From the NCBI GenBank assembly GCA_965603825.1, contig CBFDEM010000058.1, positions 248,001 to 312,000 on the forward strand: DNA of 64,000 nt, read 5' to 3'. The number at the start of each line of letters is the position of its first letter. The stretch's first letter is position 1. The DNA comes from Blepharisma stoltei ATCC 30299 (Eukaryota; Protista; Ciliophora). The translations under genes were made by a program, and so were the position numbers. This document shows positions 1 to 12,503 of the stretch, one piece after another. The notes under the pieces were generated by a model. The model searched no databases. It was given only the letters and a program-made list of their open reading frames with translations, and was not told the DNA's origin.

Positions 1-202
1 TAGATAAAAATAAAGAAATTGAGTTTTATTTTCCAGTCCTTTTAAGGCAAATGCTAAGCACGCATTAAGCACATGCTTGATAATAAATCAAAAATTTTGA
101 ATGCATATTTAAACTAAAATCAAAGTCTTTCTATCTGCATTAGCCATTGATGCATCTTAAGTGCTTATGCATATAAAATTTAAAGTTAGTGCTATTACAA
201 AA

Positions 203-1261
203 ATGGTTGACAGGAGTGTGTCAATGGAAAATTTTACTCTTCTAAGTGTGATCGGCAAAGGTTCATACGGTAAAGTGCTTCTTGTAAGAAAAAAGGACAC
301 CGGTGAGCTCCTTGCCATGAAAATGCTTAAAAAAGACTACATTGCTAGTCGAAATCAAATAGAACATACCAAAACCGAAAGAAATGTTCTTGAAAAAGTC
401 AATCATCCATATATCGTTAAACTGAAATACGCTTTTCAAAACCCCAAAAAATTATATTTTGTTCTTGAATATTGTCCAGGAGGCGAGCTTTTCTTTCATC
501 TTTCAAGAGCGCAAAGATTTGACGAAGCAAGAGCTCGGTTCTATGCTTCTTGTATGGTTTTAGCTCTTGAGCACCTTCACCAGCTTAATATTGTCTATAG
601 AGAGTAATTGTTACTTAGTCTTAAGCCTGAGAATATTTTAATTGATGCTGACGGATATGCAAAGATAACAGATTTCGGTCTGTCCAAAGAAAATATCACA
701 GGAAACACTGGGGCAAATTCCTTTTGTGGGACCCCTGAGTATTTAGCACCTGAAGTACTGAGAAAAATTGGGCATGGAAAAGCTGTAGACTGATGGAGTC
801 TTGGAGCTTTGATATACGAAATGCTAACAGGTCTACCTCCATTTTACACAAGAGATAGAGAAAAGCTGTTCCATAGCATTTTGAATAGTGAATTAAATTT
901 CCCAGGCTATATTTCACCTCCTGCAAAAGACCTCTTGCAAGGATTATTTATAAAAGACCCATCTCAAAGATTAGGATCTGGCCCAACAGATAGTGAAGAA
1001 ATTAAAAGCCATCCATGGTTTGCAGGAATTGATTGGGTGAAGCTTCTAAACAAAGAATGCCAGCCTTCATTTGTACCAAACGTCATAAGAGATCATGGGT
1101 TAAATAACTTTGAAGAAGAATTCAAAAGACTGCCGCCTGTTGATTCTGCTGGAGCTGAGTCAAAATTGCCAGCCCAAAGTCCAACTTATCAAGGCTTTAG
1201 CTATACTGAGTCAACTGACTTACAGTCAAATGATTTAGAGACCATGGATCTTGAAAGTTAA
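203..1261 (+). CDS. AGC-family Ser/Thr kinase (Akt/SGK/S6K-like, no PH domain)
   Basis: GKGSYG, YRDLKPEN (restored by removing intron 604-618), [16 protein letters not shown](TGA 791-793)-WSLG, C-terminal hydrophobic motif YQGFSY. Confidence 0.93.
604..618 (+). other. 15-nt spliceosomal intron
   Basis: gtaattgttacttag contains an in-frame TAA; removal restores YRDLKPEN. Confidence 0.95.
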
Positions 1262-1294
1262 TTTTTAACTATTTTATGATTTTATATGACAAAA

Positions 1295-4200
1295 TTATTT
1301 ATGACTATGACGATGTCTGTGCTCAAGACTTGCAGCTGAATGCTCTCCAGATCGAATTGAGGCATGAAGTAAAGAATGGTATTGAGCAACCGATGTCTTG
1401 TGAGACGAGCTTCCTTCTGATGTATTTCGTTCTGCACCGTCAGTATGTGATCGGTAAGTCCCACGAATGAAGTGTTCTCTGTCTTCTTTGTGATTATGCT
1501 CTTGATGCTTTTCGTAAAGTCAGGAGATTGCTTTGATAGTACTATCAATTATGTTTGTTTCTTCAGGGTTTGCGTTCACTATTGGTAGTGAAAACACATA
1601 ATCTGTAATTCTTGCAAGGCCTTCAGAAAGATTTTGTATTTCTTCATCTTTTCTTTTAAGCCTTTTTCCTAAGTCTTCATCAATATCTTTTCTTTTGGCT
1701 AATTCTAAAAATCTCTTCTGCAGCAACTCATTTTCTTGAGTTTTTGTATCAAGATCATCCGATATTTTGGCATTGAGAGTTTTCAATAAACTATTTTCCT
1801 CTTTTAATTTTTCATGAATTTTTACTTTTTGGCTCATATTATCATATCCTGAAAGCCTATCATTTTCCTTGTTTAAAACTTCCATGTCTTTTAATATTCT
1901 TGCTTTTTCTTCTCTTATTTGAGAAAGCATTTTTTTGATTTCTTCGTTTTCTTTGACGCTTCGATATTCTTCACTTCTTAGTCTTTTTATTTCTTCTAGC
2001 ATGGTTTCTCTGTCTTGCAAGCTTATTTTAAGCTCTTCTTTAAGTCTTTTTACTTCTCCTTGAGCAGAACTGAATCGTTTAGTTATTATTTCGATTTCTC
2101 TTCTTTGGCTTTCAAGGGCTTCATCAGCTTGGGAGTAATATTCCTGACCTTTTTCTTTTAATTCTTTAAGCTCTTTTTCTCGCAGTTGTACAATTTGTTT
2201 AAGGTATTTTATTTCAGATTCCTCATTTTGAGCATTAGGGATTTCATTTTTTTTGATTTCAGAGTTTAATTGGAAAATGGCTTCTTCATTTTTTCTTAAT
2301 TTGTCTCTGAGGTCTTGAATAGTATTATTCTTTTCATCAATGCACTTTTTCCACATGTTAATTTCATTTCTAGTCGCCAAAATATTTTTATTTGTAGTTT
2401 TCAATATTTCCATTTTCGTTTCGTTTTCCTCTTTAAGTTTGGAATTTTCTTCTTTAAGGAGTTCAAGCTCAGATTTAAGCTCATTTATATCATCTTGTGG
2501 GATTTCTCTTAATTTTGCGAGCTCAAGTGTGATCTCTGCATTTTTCTGAGAGACAAGAATGCTGAGCTCTTGGTAATGCTCTGCGTTCTTTTGAGAGTCT
2601 TCCAAATCTTGTGACAGTTTTTTAACTTTTGTTTCGAGATTGTCATGGTTTTCAGCTTCTTTGAATAATTCTGATTCTAAGTGTTTGATTTCATTAGTCA
2701 ACTCATTTGACCTCTTTTCTTTTTCCTCTTTCAATTTTTCTATTTGAATTTTATGCTCCTCAAGTGTTTTCCCTAAAATTTCATTTCCAGCCTTTGCTTT
2801 TGTTTTCAAATCTTCATTTTCTTTCAGCAGCTCAATTTTGGTATTTGTAAGGGCTTCATTTTCTAATAAAACTTTTTGGTGCTCAGCTTTTAGCTCAATA
2901 TATCTTTCATTTAAAGCTTCTTCATTTTGATCTTTTTCATTAAGTTCATCAATTAAATTATTATTATTTTTTTCTTGTTTTTCATATTCCTGCAATAGAG
3001 ATTGATATTGGTCTTTATAAGATTTTATTTTTTCTATTAAAGAGGCTTCTTTCTCTTGATAAGAAAAAATTTCTTTAGTTAAATTCGCAATTCTGTTTTG
3101 TAGCTCATTAATTGTATTTTTTGAATTTTCTTCAAAATCAATAAGTTCTGAATGAGAACTTTGCAAATTTTCTATTTCTTTTTCCAAGTTATCATTAATT
3201 TTAAAGCTATTTTCTATTTCTTTTTTCAAGTCATCATTAAGTTTGATATTGCTTTCTATTTCTTTTTTCAGCTCATCATTAATTTTCAAATTATTTTCTT
3301 TTTCTTGAAGCATGATAGAAATTTGGTTATTAAGAGCCTTATTTTCCTCAATAGCTGTTGCGTAAGGACCTGATGGATCTTTAATCGAGAAAATTATTTG
3401 ATTGAGCTCATTATTTTTGTTTTCCAAAACTAAAATCTCATTTTGGGCGTTAGTTATATCAAGAACACTTTCATCTAAAGATGCTTTTAGTGCTGAAATT
3501 TCTTTTGATTTAAGCTCAAACGATAAAGTGTTTTCATCTAAAGAGGCTTTGAGAGTTGAAATTTCTTTTGATTTAATTTCAAGCAATAAGGTATTTTCAT
3601 CCAAAGATTTTTTGATAATTGAAATTTCTTTTGTTTTAAGTTCAAGCGATAAGACAGTTTCATCTAAAGATGCTTTGAGGGCTGAGATTTCTTCTGATTT
3701 TAGCTTAAGTGAAAATTCTAAGTCTAAAACCAATTTAGATTTCTCTGAAATTACATTTTCCAAAGATAGAACTCTATTTTCCTGCTCAATAAATTTTTGA
3801 GATTTACAATCTGATAATAACTTAAGGTTCAAGATTTCTTCATTTTTCAATATGAGTGAATTTTCTAAATTTTCTATCATCTGCGATTTTTCTAAAATTT
3901 GACTCTCTAAGTTTTCTATAATTTGAGCGTTTTTTATATTAATTTTCCCATTTTCATTTGCCTCATTATCTTTTTCAGTTAATAAATTTTGTAAATCTTC
4001 TATTTTCTGAGACTGCTCAATATATGAATTCTTAAAGTCATCTAATTGATTTGACCTTTCTGTAAATAAATTTTGCAAATCTGATAATTCATGCGATTTC
4101 TCATCAAAAATATTTTGAAGATCCATAAATAGTCTATTTTTTTCTTCAAGAGAACTCTGTAGGTTTTCAATTATTTGTGATTTTTCCTCTACCATGCTTA

Positions 4201-6661
4201 TAAGATCAGTAATTTTTTCAAACTTTTCTTCCAGTGAATTTTGCAGCTCAATTATTTGCTGTTTTTTCTCAGAAATAAATCCTTGATATTCAGCGATTTC
4301 GAGAAGCTTATCTGATAAACTGATATTTAAATCTTCAATTTGTTGTGACTTTTCAGAAAGAGATAATTGCAGGTCACTAATATTTGACTTAAGGTACTCT
4401 GATGATTCTGATAAATTTTCAATTTCTTCATTAGCTCTTTTTAGTTCTGCTTCTTTTTCTTCAATTTTTGTTTTTTCGAATGCAAGCTCTTCTTCTAGAA
4501 TAGCTATCTTTGATATAGCATTATGTGTTTCAATGCTCTTTTCTATTTCTTCCCTTAAAACTTCAAGCTTATTTTCCAATTCTTTTTTGTCATTTTCCAA
4601 TTTATCAATTTCTGCTATTTTTTCTTCTTCTAATTCAATTTGTTTCCTTAGTCTTTCCTCATCATTTTTTAATTCTTGTTTAATTTTTTCAAGCTCTGCT
4701 ATTTCATTTTCCATTTCAGATATTTTTATCCTTAAAGAATCATGCTCAGTGCTAGCTTCTTTTATTGAAACTTCTATGCCTAAATCTTCACTTTGTGTTT
4801 CTTCACTAATAAATTCTTTATTTTTTAAAAAATCAATTTCAGCAGTAAGTTTATTATTCAAAGCTTCAATTTTTTCAATATAATCACTATACTGCTTGCC
4901 TTGATCTTCAAGCTGCTTATTAAGGTCAAGGATTTTTTCTTCATAATCTATTCTTTCATCAATTAATGTAGAAGATCTGGGCTCTTTAGTTTCAAAGAAC
5001 AAGTTTTTAATGGTTTCTCTGTCTTCTGCAGAATTTTTTAACGTGATGCTTAATTGCTGAGTAAATTGTTCAAGCTCTTCAATTCTTGCAGCCGAAGAAC
5101 TCGGATCGCGCTTAAGCTCTCTTCGCAGTTCTTGGTTTTCAAGCTTTAGCCTTTCGTTTTCAACAAAAAGTCTGGCAGCTGATGGATTAGACTCAATCTG
5201 CTCTTTTAGAATTTCTATTTCTTTTTTCAAATTATTTACTTCTGTATCTTCATTTGGCGGATTTTGTCCAGCTAGCCTTGCAATAGTGGCATCTCTGAAT
5301 TTAATGACCATTTTATCGTTTGTCATTTTCTTTTCATATTTCGCAATTAATACATTTAAATTTTGAATATGCTGATCTTTTTCAAGAATTTGTGTTTTTA
5401 GATAGTTTTCAGTCTCTTGGTTAATTTTGATTTTCTTTTCTAATAATTCTTCTAATTCAAATTTTACGTCATTTGCTTCAATTGGATCAAGCCTTTCCAC
5501 TATCTTTCCTGAGCACCTTGGACACTCCATAGGTTTCACATTGGCTAAAGCTTCTTTAAGTCTTTTAATTTCTTCTTTTAATAAAAACACAGTTCCAGTT
5601 GTATCTTCATTGACAACTGCCATATTTTTAATTTGTTTAGCTCTCTGAGCAAACTTCAACGTTGACAAAGTCTCAGAAAAAGCTGAAGATGCAGGACTGA
5701 CATTGGCAATAATAAAAGTCTTTGAGTTACCTCCTAAAGAATCTTTAAGCAAAAATGTCAGTTTTGAGTCACGATAATGGACGTGGCGCGATTTTCCTTC
5801 AGAGATGTCTACAAGGGAATTAATTACATTTCCTAGGGCAGAAAGAGATTTATTGATTTTCCCAGCTTCTTTGAGTCTTTCTCCAGCTGCATCTGTAGCC
5901 TTTTGGCGCTCGCTTCCTGCAAGATCAATTAAATGAAAACGGCTGGATCTGAAATTCATGAGCCCGTTGTTATTGTGCTTGCTTTCGATAAGCATGGTAA
6001 ATACAGAATGAGACCTAGAGGATTCTTTATTCATTGATGTAGAGCCTACATGTCTATTTTGTGCGCCAATTCTTAATAATTCATAGGTCTCAAATGCATT
6101 GTTTACAGTCTCTTCAATTAGCCCATCAACATAAATTCCCCTTTTTATATCTTCTCTTATCTGTAAATTTTGCATGCTTGTATCTAATAAATCATGTATC
6201 TGTTCTTGATAAATTTCTAAATAAGAGCATTTTATTAAGAAATCTGAATTATTCATCTGGATTTCTCTAGTAATTTCATTGAAAATATAGTCAAAACACC
6301 TAGGGAGGACACCTCTTAAATGATGCTTTTCTAAGCTCATACTTAATTCGTCAATACCTAAACCTTGAATTGTAAAAGTTTTACCTGCCCCAGTTTGTCC
6401 ATATGCAAAAATCGTACCATTATACCCAGCTAAGCAGGAGCATGCAATTGGCTTGCCAATTATTTCAAAGATTTGGTCTTGGGTTACGTTTTCGTCAGCT
6501 ACATAATCATATGTGAAGACTTTTGGATCAGGACGAGCATCAATTGAAATCGTGCTTGACTCATGGATTGTTAGGCATCTTCTGCCAGTTTCTGATGATT
6601 CTTTTGCATTCAAGGGCCTTACTCGAATTGCCACTTTTACATTGTCCTTTGAATCTGCCAT
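1295..6661 (-). CDS. Kinesin-12 (KIF15-like) motor with long coiled coil
   Basis: GQTGAGKT, SSRSH, DLAGSE, HVHYRDSKLT; C-terminal LSGYDNMSQKV..LKEEN resembles the KIF15/HMMR tail; TGA 1520-1522 read as Trp, true TAA at 1295-1297. Confidence 0.9.
3461..3712 (-). repeat. Four 63-nt (21-aa) tandem coding repeats in the kinesin stalk
   Basis: SLKLKSEEISALKASLDETVL / SLELKTKEISIIKKSLDENTL / LLEIKSKEISTLKASLDENTL / SFELKSKEISALKASLDESVL. Confidence 0.9.
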
Positions 6662-6849
6662 TTAAATTATGAAAGAGAAGAGATGTTTAATCCTGAAAAT
6701 TAAAATTAATTGATCAAAATAACATGGGAGGTCAGAGAGACATGAAAATTCTTAAAAATTTAATATATAATAGATAACAATTAAAAAATAAATTAATTTT
6801 TTGAATTCAGGCTGATCTCAATAAACTAGTAACTAAAATTTTGATTAAA

Positions 6850-7644
6850 TTAATATTTCCCATTAATCCCAATTTCTATTCTATTGCATGTTTCTTCTAA
6901 AAGTCTGATTAAATTTGCTTCCATGCTTTCTCTTTCTCGTTTTTCCTGCTCAATTTCTCTTCTCACTCTTTCTTTCATTTCATCAAGATATTTCCCATAT
7001 AGTTTGTGAGTTTCCTCTCTATTTTTTCTTTCGTTTTCTAAGTGATTAAAGCAGCTATGCATTTCTTCGCCAATTATTTTAATAAGATCTTCATAACATT
7101 CTTCTCTCGCTTCCCCTTCGTGGTCTACAGCTTCTTGTAAAGTTTCAATTTGTTCAGAAAAATCGGTGATTTGTGCTTCTTCAGTCTCTTCCCTGAATTT
7201 TTTCTCTTTTGCGACGTCAATTTTAATAGAAAATAATTTTTCTTCCATTAGCTTGCTGCTTTTGCTTTCACTTTCTTTCCTTGATTGCTCTTCCTTACTT
7301 ATTTCATTCAAAAATTTACTTTCTGAATTTTTAATTTCCTTCGAAATTTTTTCATCGAAAACTTCTTCACCCAGCCTCTCATTTCCTAAATTTTCTTGAA
7401 TTTGTATAATTTGGTCCTTGATTATATTAAATTTCGAATTATTCGCCAACTCAATTTTGGAAATTTTATCTTCCAACTGTCTAAGTCTATAATGAAATGC
7501 ATCACTTCTAGCTTGGGTTTCAAATTCAGCAGATTGCTGAAAAGAATTGAGTTTGTCTGTCAGTTGTTTTATTTTAAATCTAGTTGGGGATTCCGATCGA
7601 TAAAACGTGTCAGTGTCGATCATGTCTTCACTACGAAGTGCCAT
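6850..7644 (-). CDS. SF-assemblin/beta-giardin-like coiled-coil protein
   Basis: Periodic E..R(E) coiled-coil pattern, C-terminal LIRLLEETC; ATG 7644 chosen because the upstream extension is AT-rich and overlaps the divergent gene. Confidence 0.7.
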   Translation of the reverse strand: MALRSEDMIDTDTFYRSESPTRFKIKQLTDKLNSFQQSAEFETQARSDAFHYRLRQLEDKISKIELANNSKFNIIKDQIIQIQENLGNERLGEEVFDEKISKEIKNSESKFLNEISKEEQSRKESESKSSKLMEEKLFSIKIDVAKEKKFREETEEAQITDFSEQIETLQEAVDHEGEAREECYEDLIKIIGEEMHSCFNHLENERKNREETHKLYGKYLDEMKERVRREIEQEKRERESMEANLIRLLEETCNRIEIGINGKY

Positions 7645-7746
7645 AATTAAGGAAATATGAAGAAAGTTGTCGATAAATTTATAAAATTTTTTAAAAGTAA
7701 TTGTTCTATAAAAATATCGCATTTTTAACATAATAAAACTGAAATA

Positions 7747-9498
7747 ATGAGATTTGCGTGGGTCTTTATTGTGGTGAGTTATTTGCGCATCCATAGTGTT
7801 TACTCTGAAGGATCTTTAGGCGGTTTCTATTCACTATCTGATATTTATGAGATCACTTCAAATATAACACAATACTCAGCACAATATCTATCCTCTAAGA
7901 CAATAGACACTAATACAGCAATAGAGAGTGATAATCCTATTGTCGCTATTAGATGGATATTTAATAAGAATATTGACAGTCAATACCATAGAGCAATCGT
8001 AATTTCAGCTGAGCAATATACATCACAGCCATTATCCACTTCTATGGTCTTTTATTTATTAGATTTATTACGCGGAAGCAATGATACCAAAGTTAATTAT
8101 TTATCTGAGACCAAAGAAATTTGGTTTTTACCTGCATTAAACCCAGATGCACTTAAATATGTAGGCTCAATTTATAAAACAGGCAGCAATATTATAAGCA
8201 GATATAAAAATGTCGAGGTAAATAGCTGCGAAAATTCTACAGAGCAGGGGACAAATTTAAATAGAAATTATGATGCTGCTTGGGAAATTATTAATCCTGG
8301 ATCATCTACAGACCCTTGTAGTGATAATTATAAAGGGGAAAAAGCGTTTTCTGCTAGGGAGACACAAGCAGTTAAAAGTTTCTTGGAGTCTGTGGCAGAT
8401 AGATTGGATTTGTGGATTCATTTTGATGATTATGGAGACAAATATTATTGTCCGTATACTCAGAAATATGGAACTTCAGCCCAATTTTTCCAAAATACAA
8501 GCTGGGAATATATACTTGATGGGATAAAAAAGCAAACATCATTAATCCCTGCGTCAGTTGGTAGTTATTATGAAACAAACAACAGTACTCAAAATGGTGC
8601 ACTTATTGATTATGTATACACATACACAAATAAGAGTGCACTTGCTTTGGAAATTGCTATAGGTCCGAAAAATCCATCGGAAAGTATTATAAAAGACACT
8701 TTAGAAGCTCATGTGCCAGCAATTATAGATTTAATGATAAATTCAGGCTATTATTTAGAGTAAATTTTATATAGCTTGAAATTCGAAAGAGTTAACTCTC
8801 AAGATTGCACAGACGATTTGACAGTGTGCAAAAATGGAATCGCCAATAAGACATGAGTATTTGAGCTATCATTGATAAATCCTGGTATACGTTGGGCACC
8901 GACTTCAAAATTAACTTTATCTTTTAACATTTCTGGAACGAATTCTTCTATTGTTGTAGAGCCTGGGTTGTATTCAGTATTAAACCAAGAGCTTTTTTCT
9001 GATGGCAGCAATTCTTCCTACTCTATCAACCAAACGTCTACTAACTCTTCAATGATTTTGGACTTAGAATCCTTCCCTCCTTATCATTCAGCATATTTAA
9101 AACTTTGCCTCGATCAAATCAACCCTCCTTACTCAGACTCTAGCTCAAATGTCACTATTTCTTATTCGATTCAGCTATCAGCCAATTATGGAGGATATTA
9201 TTATTCATTAGCAAGCCCTCTCAATGGAAGTTTATATCTTAACTCAGAAATAAATTCAAAAAGCGATAATGATGAAAGCAGCAGCAATGACTCGCTATCA
9301 GGAGGAGCAATTGCTGGAATCGTCATAGGAATTATTGCTTTCTTCTTCCTTATTATAGGAGGGATTTTCATTTATAAAAAATTGAGAAAGCCAACATTGT
9401 CTACTCAATTAACTTTAGATGGAAACTGCACAGCTTTAGATGGTGGAATAAGCAAGGATCCTGACCAGAAAGGTGGCTTTACCCCAGTCCAAATTTAG
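7747..9498 (+). CDS. Membrane-anchored M14 zinc carboxypeptidase-like protein (probably inactive)
   Basis: Signal peptide; IWFLPALNPD, GTNLNRNY, YKGEKAFSARET; intron 8760-8774; TGA 8854-8856; C-terminal TM GAIAGIVIGIIAFFFLIIGGIFIY. Confidence 0.85.
8760..8774 (+). other. 15-nt spliceosomal intron
   Basis: gtaaattttatatag carries in-frame stops; removal joins two same-frame ORFs. Confidence 0.85.
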
Positions 9499-9517
9499 TT
9501 TAGATAATTTAATAAAT

Positions 9518-9721
9518 ATGAGTGAGTACAATGAAGCCAAAGAAACTTTAGAAATCTTGCATGAGATTTCTCAAATATTAAATACAGGCCTAGACAAGTC
9601 AACTCTTTCGATTTTAGTCAGTCTTTGTGAAAATGGAGTCAATCCTGAAGCTCTTGCAGCTGTTGTTAAAGAACTCAAAAGAGAAGCCGCGGCACTAAAA
9701 GCAGGGAGTGGGAAGAGTTAA
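9518..9721 (+). CDS. MZT1: Mitotic spindle organizing protein 1 (MOZART1)
   Basis: EILHEISQILNTGLDKSTLSILVSLCENGVNPEALAAVVKELK matches the MOZART1 consensus; 67 aa. Confidence 0.92.
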   Translation: MSEYNEAKETLEILHEISQILNTGLDKSTLSILVSLCENGVNPEALAAVVKELKREAAALKAGSGKS

Positions 9722-9778
9722 TAATAAAATTAATTTGTTTTAAATTAGCCTGCTCGTGAATAAATCTAAATTATCTAT

Positions 9779-10864
9779 TTATTGCTTGAGTTTTACGCGA
9801 AACACGGAAATTCCTAAGTAATTTGAAATTTGGTTTACAACTCCAATTACAAAAATTGAATAATTCGCAAGGACAAATGCGCTGAATGCAAAAACCGAAG
9901 TAGCTACTGGCAAAACTTTGATATAATGATTTTCAATAAGCAATAAAAGCTCTAAAAATGCGCAAAGATCAAACCAGTCAAAAGTCATTCTCGCCACGCT
10001 ACATATGATGACTCTTGAACAAATCGCTGAAAAAATCACGCTGTGGGTCAAAAACACAAGCCAACCATAGCTCGGGGTCATTGGGTGAGTTTGCCACAAA
10101 ATTAAACTTATAGTCATCTCTATAAGTGGTAGAAGTCTTAAAAAGGCCCCTAGTTTGTCTTTTGTTGTCGTGAAGACGCTATACATCATAATCGTTGACA
10201 TAAGTACTGCAACTGATAAGTTTCCATAAATCAAAACGAATTCTAATGTAAATCCATAAATTATTTGTGTATGCCAGATGCTGTTTCCAAAAATTGCCTG
10301 GACAATAAAAATTGTAATTACGGTGAATTGGCACTCTGAAACTCCCCAGCTTCCTATTTGGGTTCGGCAGTAGTGAGTGTGATATTCTTCCCATGTTGCC
10401 ATATAAAAGACGCCTAATACTCCACAGAACATCAGTATGGTGTCTGTTTTAATGCCTAAGCTTAGTCCTTGTAGTATATCTAATGCTAAGAGGCCTGATG
10501 ACAATGAATCGCAGCCATGGTCTAATAACATTCCGAGAGGGGAACTGTGACCAATTTTTCGGGCTTGTTTTCCATCACATGCATCAAGTGTTTGATACAT
10601 AAACTGAAGAAAAGCTGACAGCAATACAATTCAGGATGGTATCGGCTTGGTAAATGTTGTATCGTATGGTACCATGATAAGATATGACCCTGCCATGCAG
10701 ATTAGCCCAATTAGAGTGATTAGGTTAGGAGCAAGCCAATTTGGAAAGAGAGAAACGACCCATAACCAAAAGTGATTAAGAATGTTATCTAATTTTGAGT
10801 AGCCAGTGGTTTGGTATTTGTGTTGAGCTAAGTACTGCAGATTGGCTTCTGTAATGAATGCCAT
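9779..10864 (-). CDS. CDP-alcohol phosphotransferase (choline/ethanolamine phosphotransferase)
   Basis: APNLITL, YQTLDACDGKQAR..SPLGMLLDHGCD; TGA 10631-10633 joins the two ORFs in frame. Confidence 0.92.
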
Positions 10865-11384
10865 TATTCCAGGATGTGAATAATTGTATAGTTATTATAA
10901 AAAGTTAATTAAAAAAATGCAAGGCTGTAACAGTTATCGGATTACAAACTCTATGGGTGCTTTTATATCCGATTATAATATCATATTTAAATAATTATAA
11001 ACAAAATTTTTTAGATTATTTTTTGGGGTTATGAATTGCTTATGTAATTTATTTTCTTAAAGACGTTTTAAGAAAAATTGTGAGGCTTAAGAATTATGCA
11101 ATAGGTTGAATATTGATGAAGATCAAAACAATTTATTCATTAAAATTTAATTAATTTTGCGCCATAAATAAATATGTTGGACCTATATGTTAAAAAATAA
11201 TAATGCATAACGCGAACTAGAAAAGAATGATAATTTAAATCGATATAATGTCTAAATCTAATTCATATCAGAGCGTCTCTATCATTTATCGACTCATTTC
11301 TTGAACTTCAGTCTTAATATTGAATTCTGTCTAATATTATAATTTTGATGCATTTATGCTAATAAAAATCATAGTTTATCAAAT

Positions 11385-12446
11385 TTATAAGGATGAAGAA
11401 TTTTCTTCGAGATTTTCCAAATAAATGCTTAAAAACTCTGCTTCTTTCTCGAGTTGAGGAGAATGGCCACAGTTTTGGATTGAAAATTCTCGATACCTCC
11501 CTCCATTTTCTTGATATCTCTCAAGCACGCTTCTTATCTGCCTCACCATCGGCTGCTTAGGATAAACTTCTTCCCCAGGGTAATTCGATATTTTCCCACT
11601 AGCTCCTAAATTAGCAGGATCTAAAAGACAATTATCAGAAATAATTATATCATCCTCACCTCTAATCCATACAATTGGAGGTTTTATCTCAATATTAATG
11701 ATAGATTCAACATTATAGCATTTTGATGAAATTGCATTATACAAACCTCTATCTCCAGGGCACCATCCTGGCCAGTTTTCACAAGCCTGGTAATTCCCAG
11801 GTATAAAATCGTCTCCAATTTTTGTCAGATATATTTCTTCTATATATTCTCTTTCAAGTTCTTCGGGCAGCCTATTCCCCGGCTTGCAAAAAGCATTTCT
11901 AAACAAGCCCACCATAGATTTTGGGTCATTTTCGTCAATATTTTTATTTTCAAACAAACTTTTTAAATTCAACGCTGAAGGCCCAACACCAGACCCAGCG
12001 GCGTCAGGAAAAATTAAAGTGCCTCTTTCATCTTTAGTCCCATAGTATCCGTAAGGGCTTATGGAAGCTTCTAAAGTTATTGATAAAATTCGATCACTAT
12101 GCTCAGTTGCGAACTGCATAACAACGCCTCCTCCAAGAGATCATCCAAGTAAGTGAGCTTTTGGGATGTTAAGAGTTTCCATTAAATAGTAAAGATCGTC
12201 AGAAAAATCTTTTAAGCCTTTAGTAGCATCAATAGAAACTCCTGAAGATCTGCCATAACATCGCTGATCATACGCATAGCAGTGATATTTGGAGGGCATT
12301 TGGAGCATTATTTGTTTGAAGTAGGCAGAAGTGATCACATTTCCATGGACAAAAATTACTGGTATCCCTGTTTCCAAGCCGCTTTCAAGGACATAGTGAG
12401 TTAGTCTGGGAGTCGTTATATACTGGGATTTTATCTCTATGCTCAT
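11385..12446 (-). CDS. Alpha/beta hydrolase, bacterial-type
   Basis: FVHGN, DQRCYGRS, G-W(TGA 12141-12143)-SLGG nucleophile elbow, GEDD, GHSPQLE. Confidence 0.9.
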
Positions 12447-12503
12447 ATTTATGTATACCAAGAAAATTAATTGTAAATTACTCATAAGTTTACATTAATT
12501 TAG

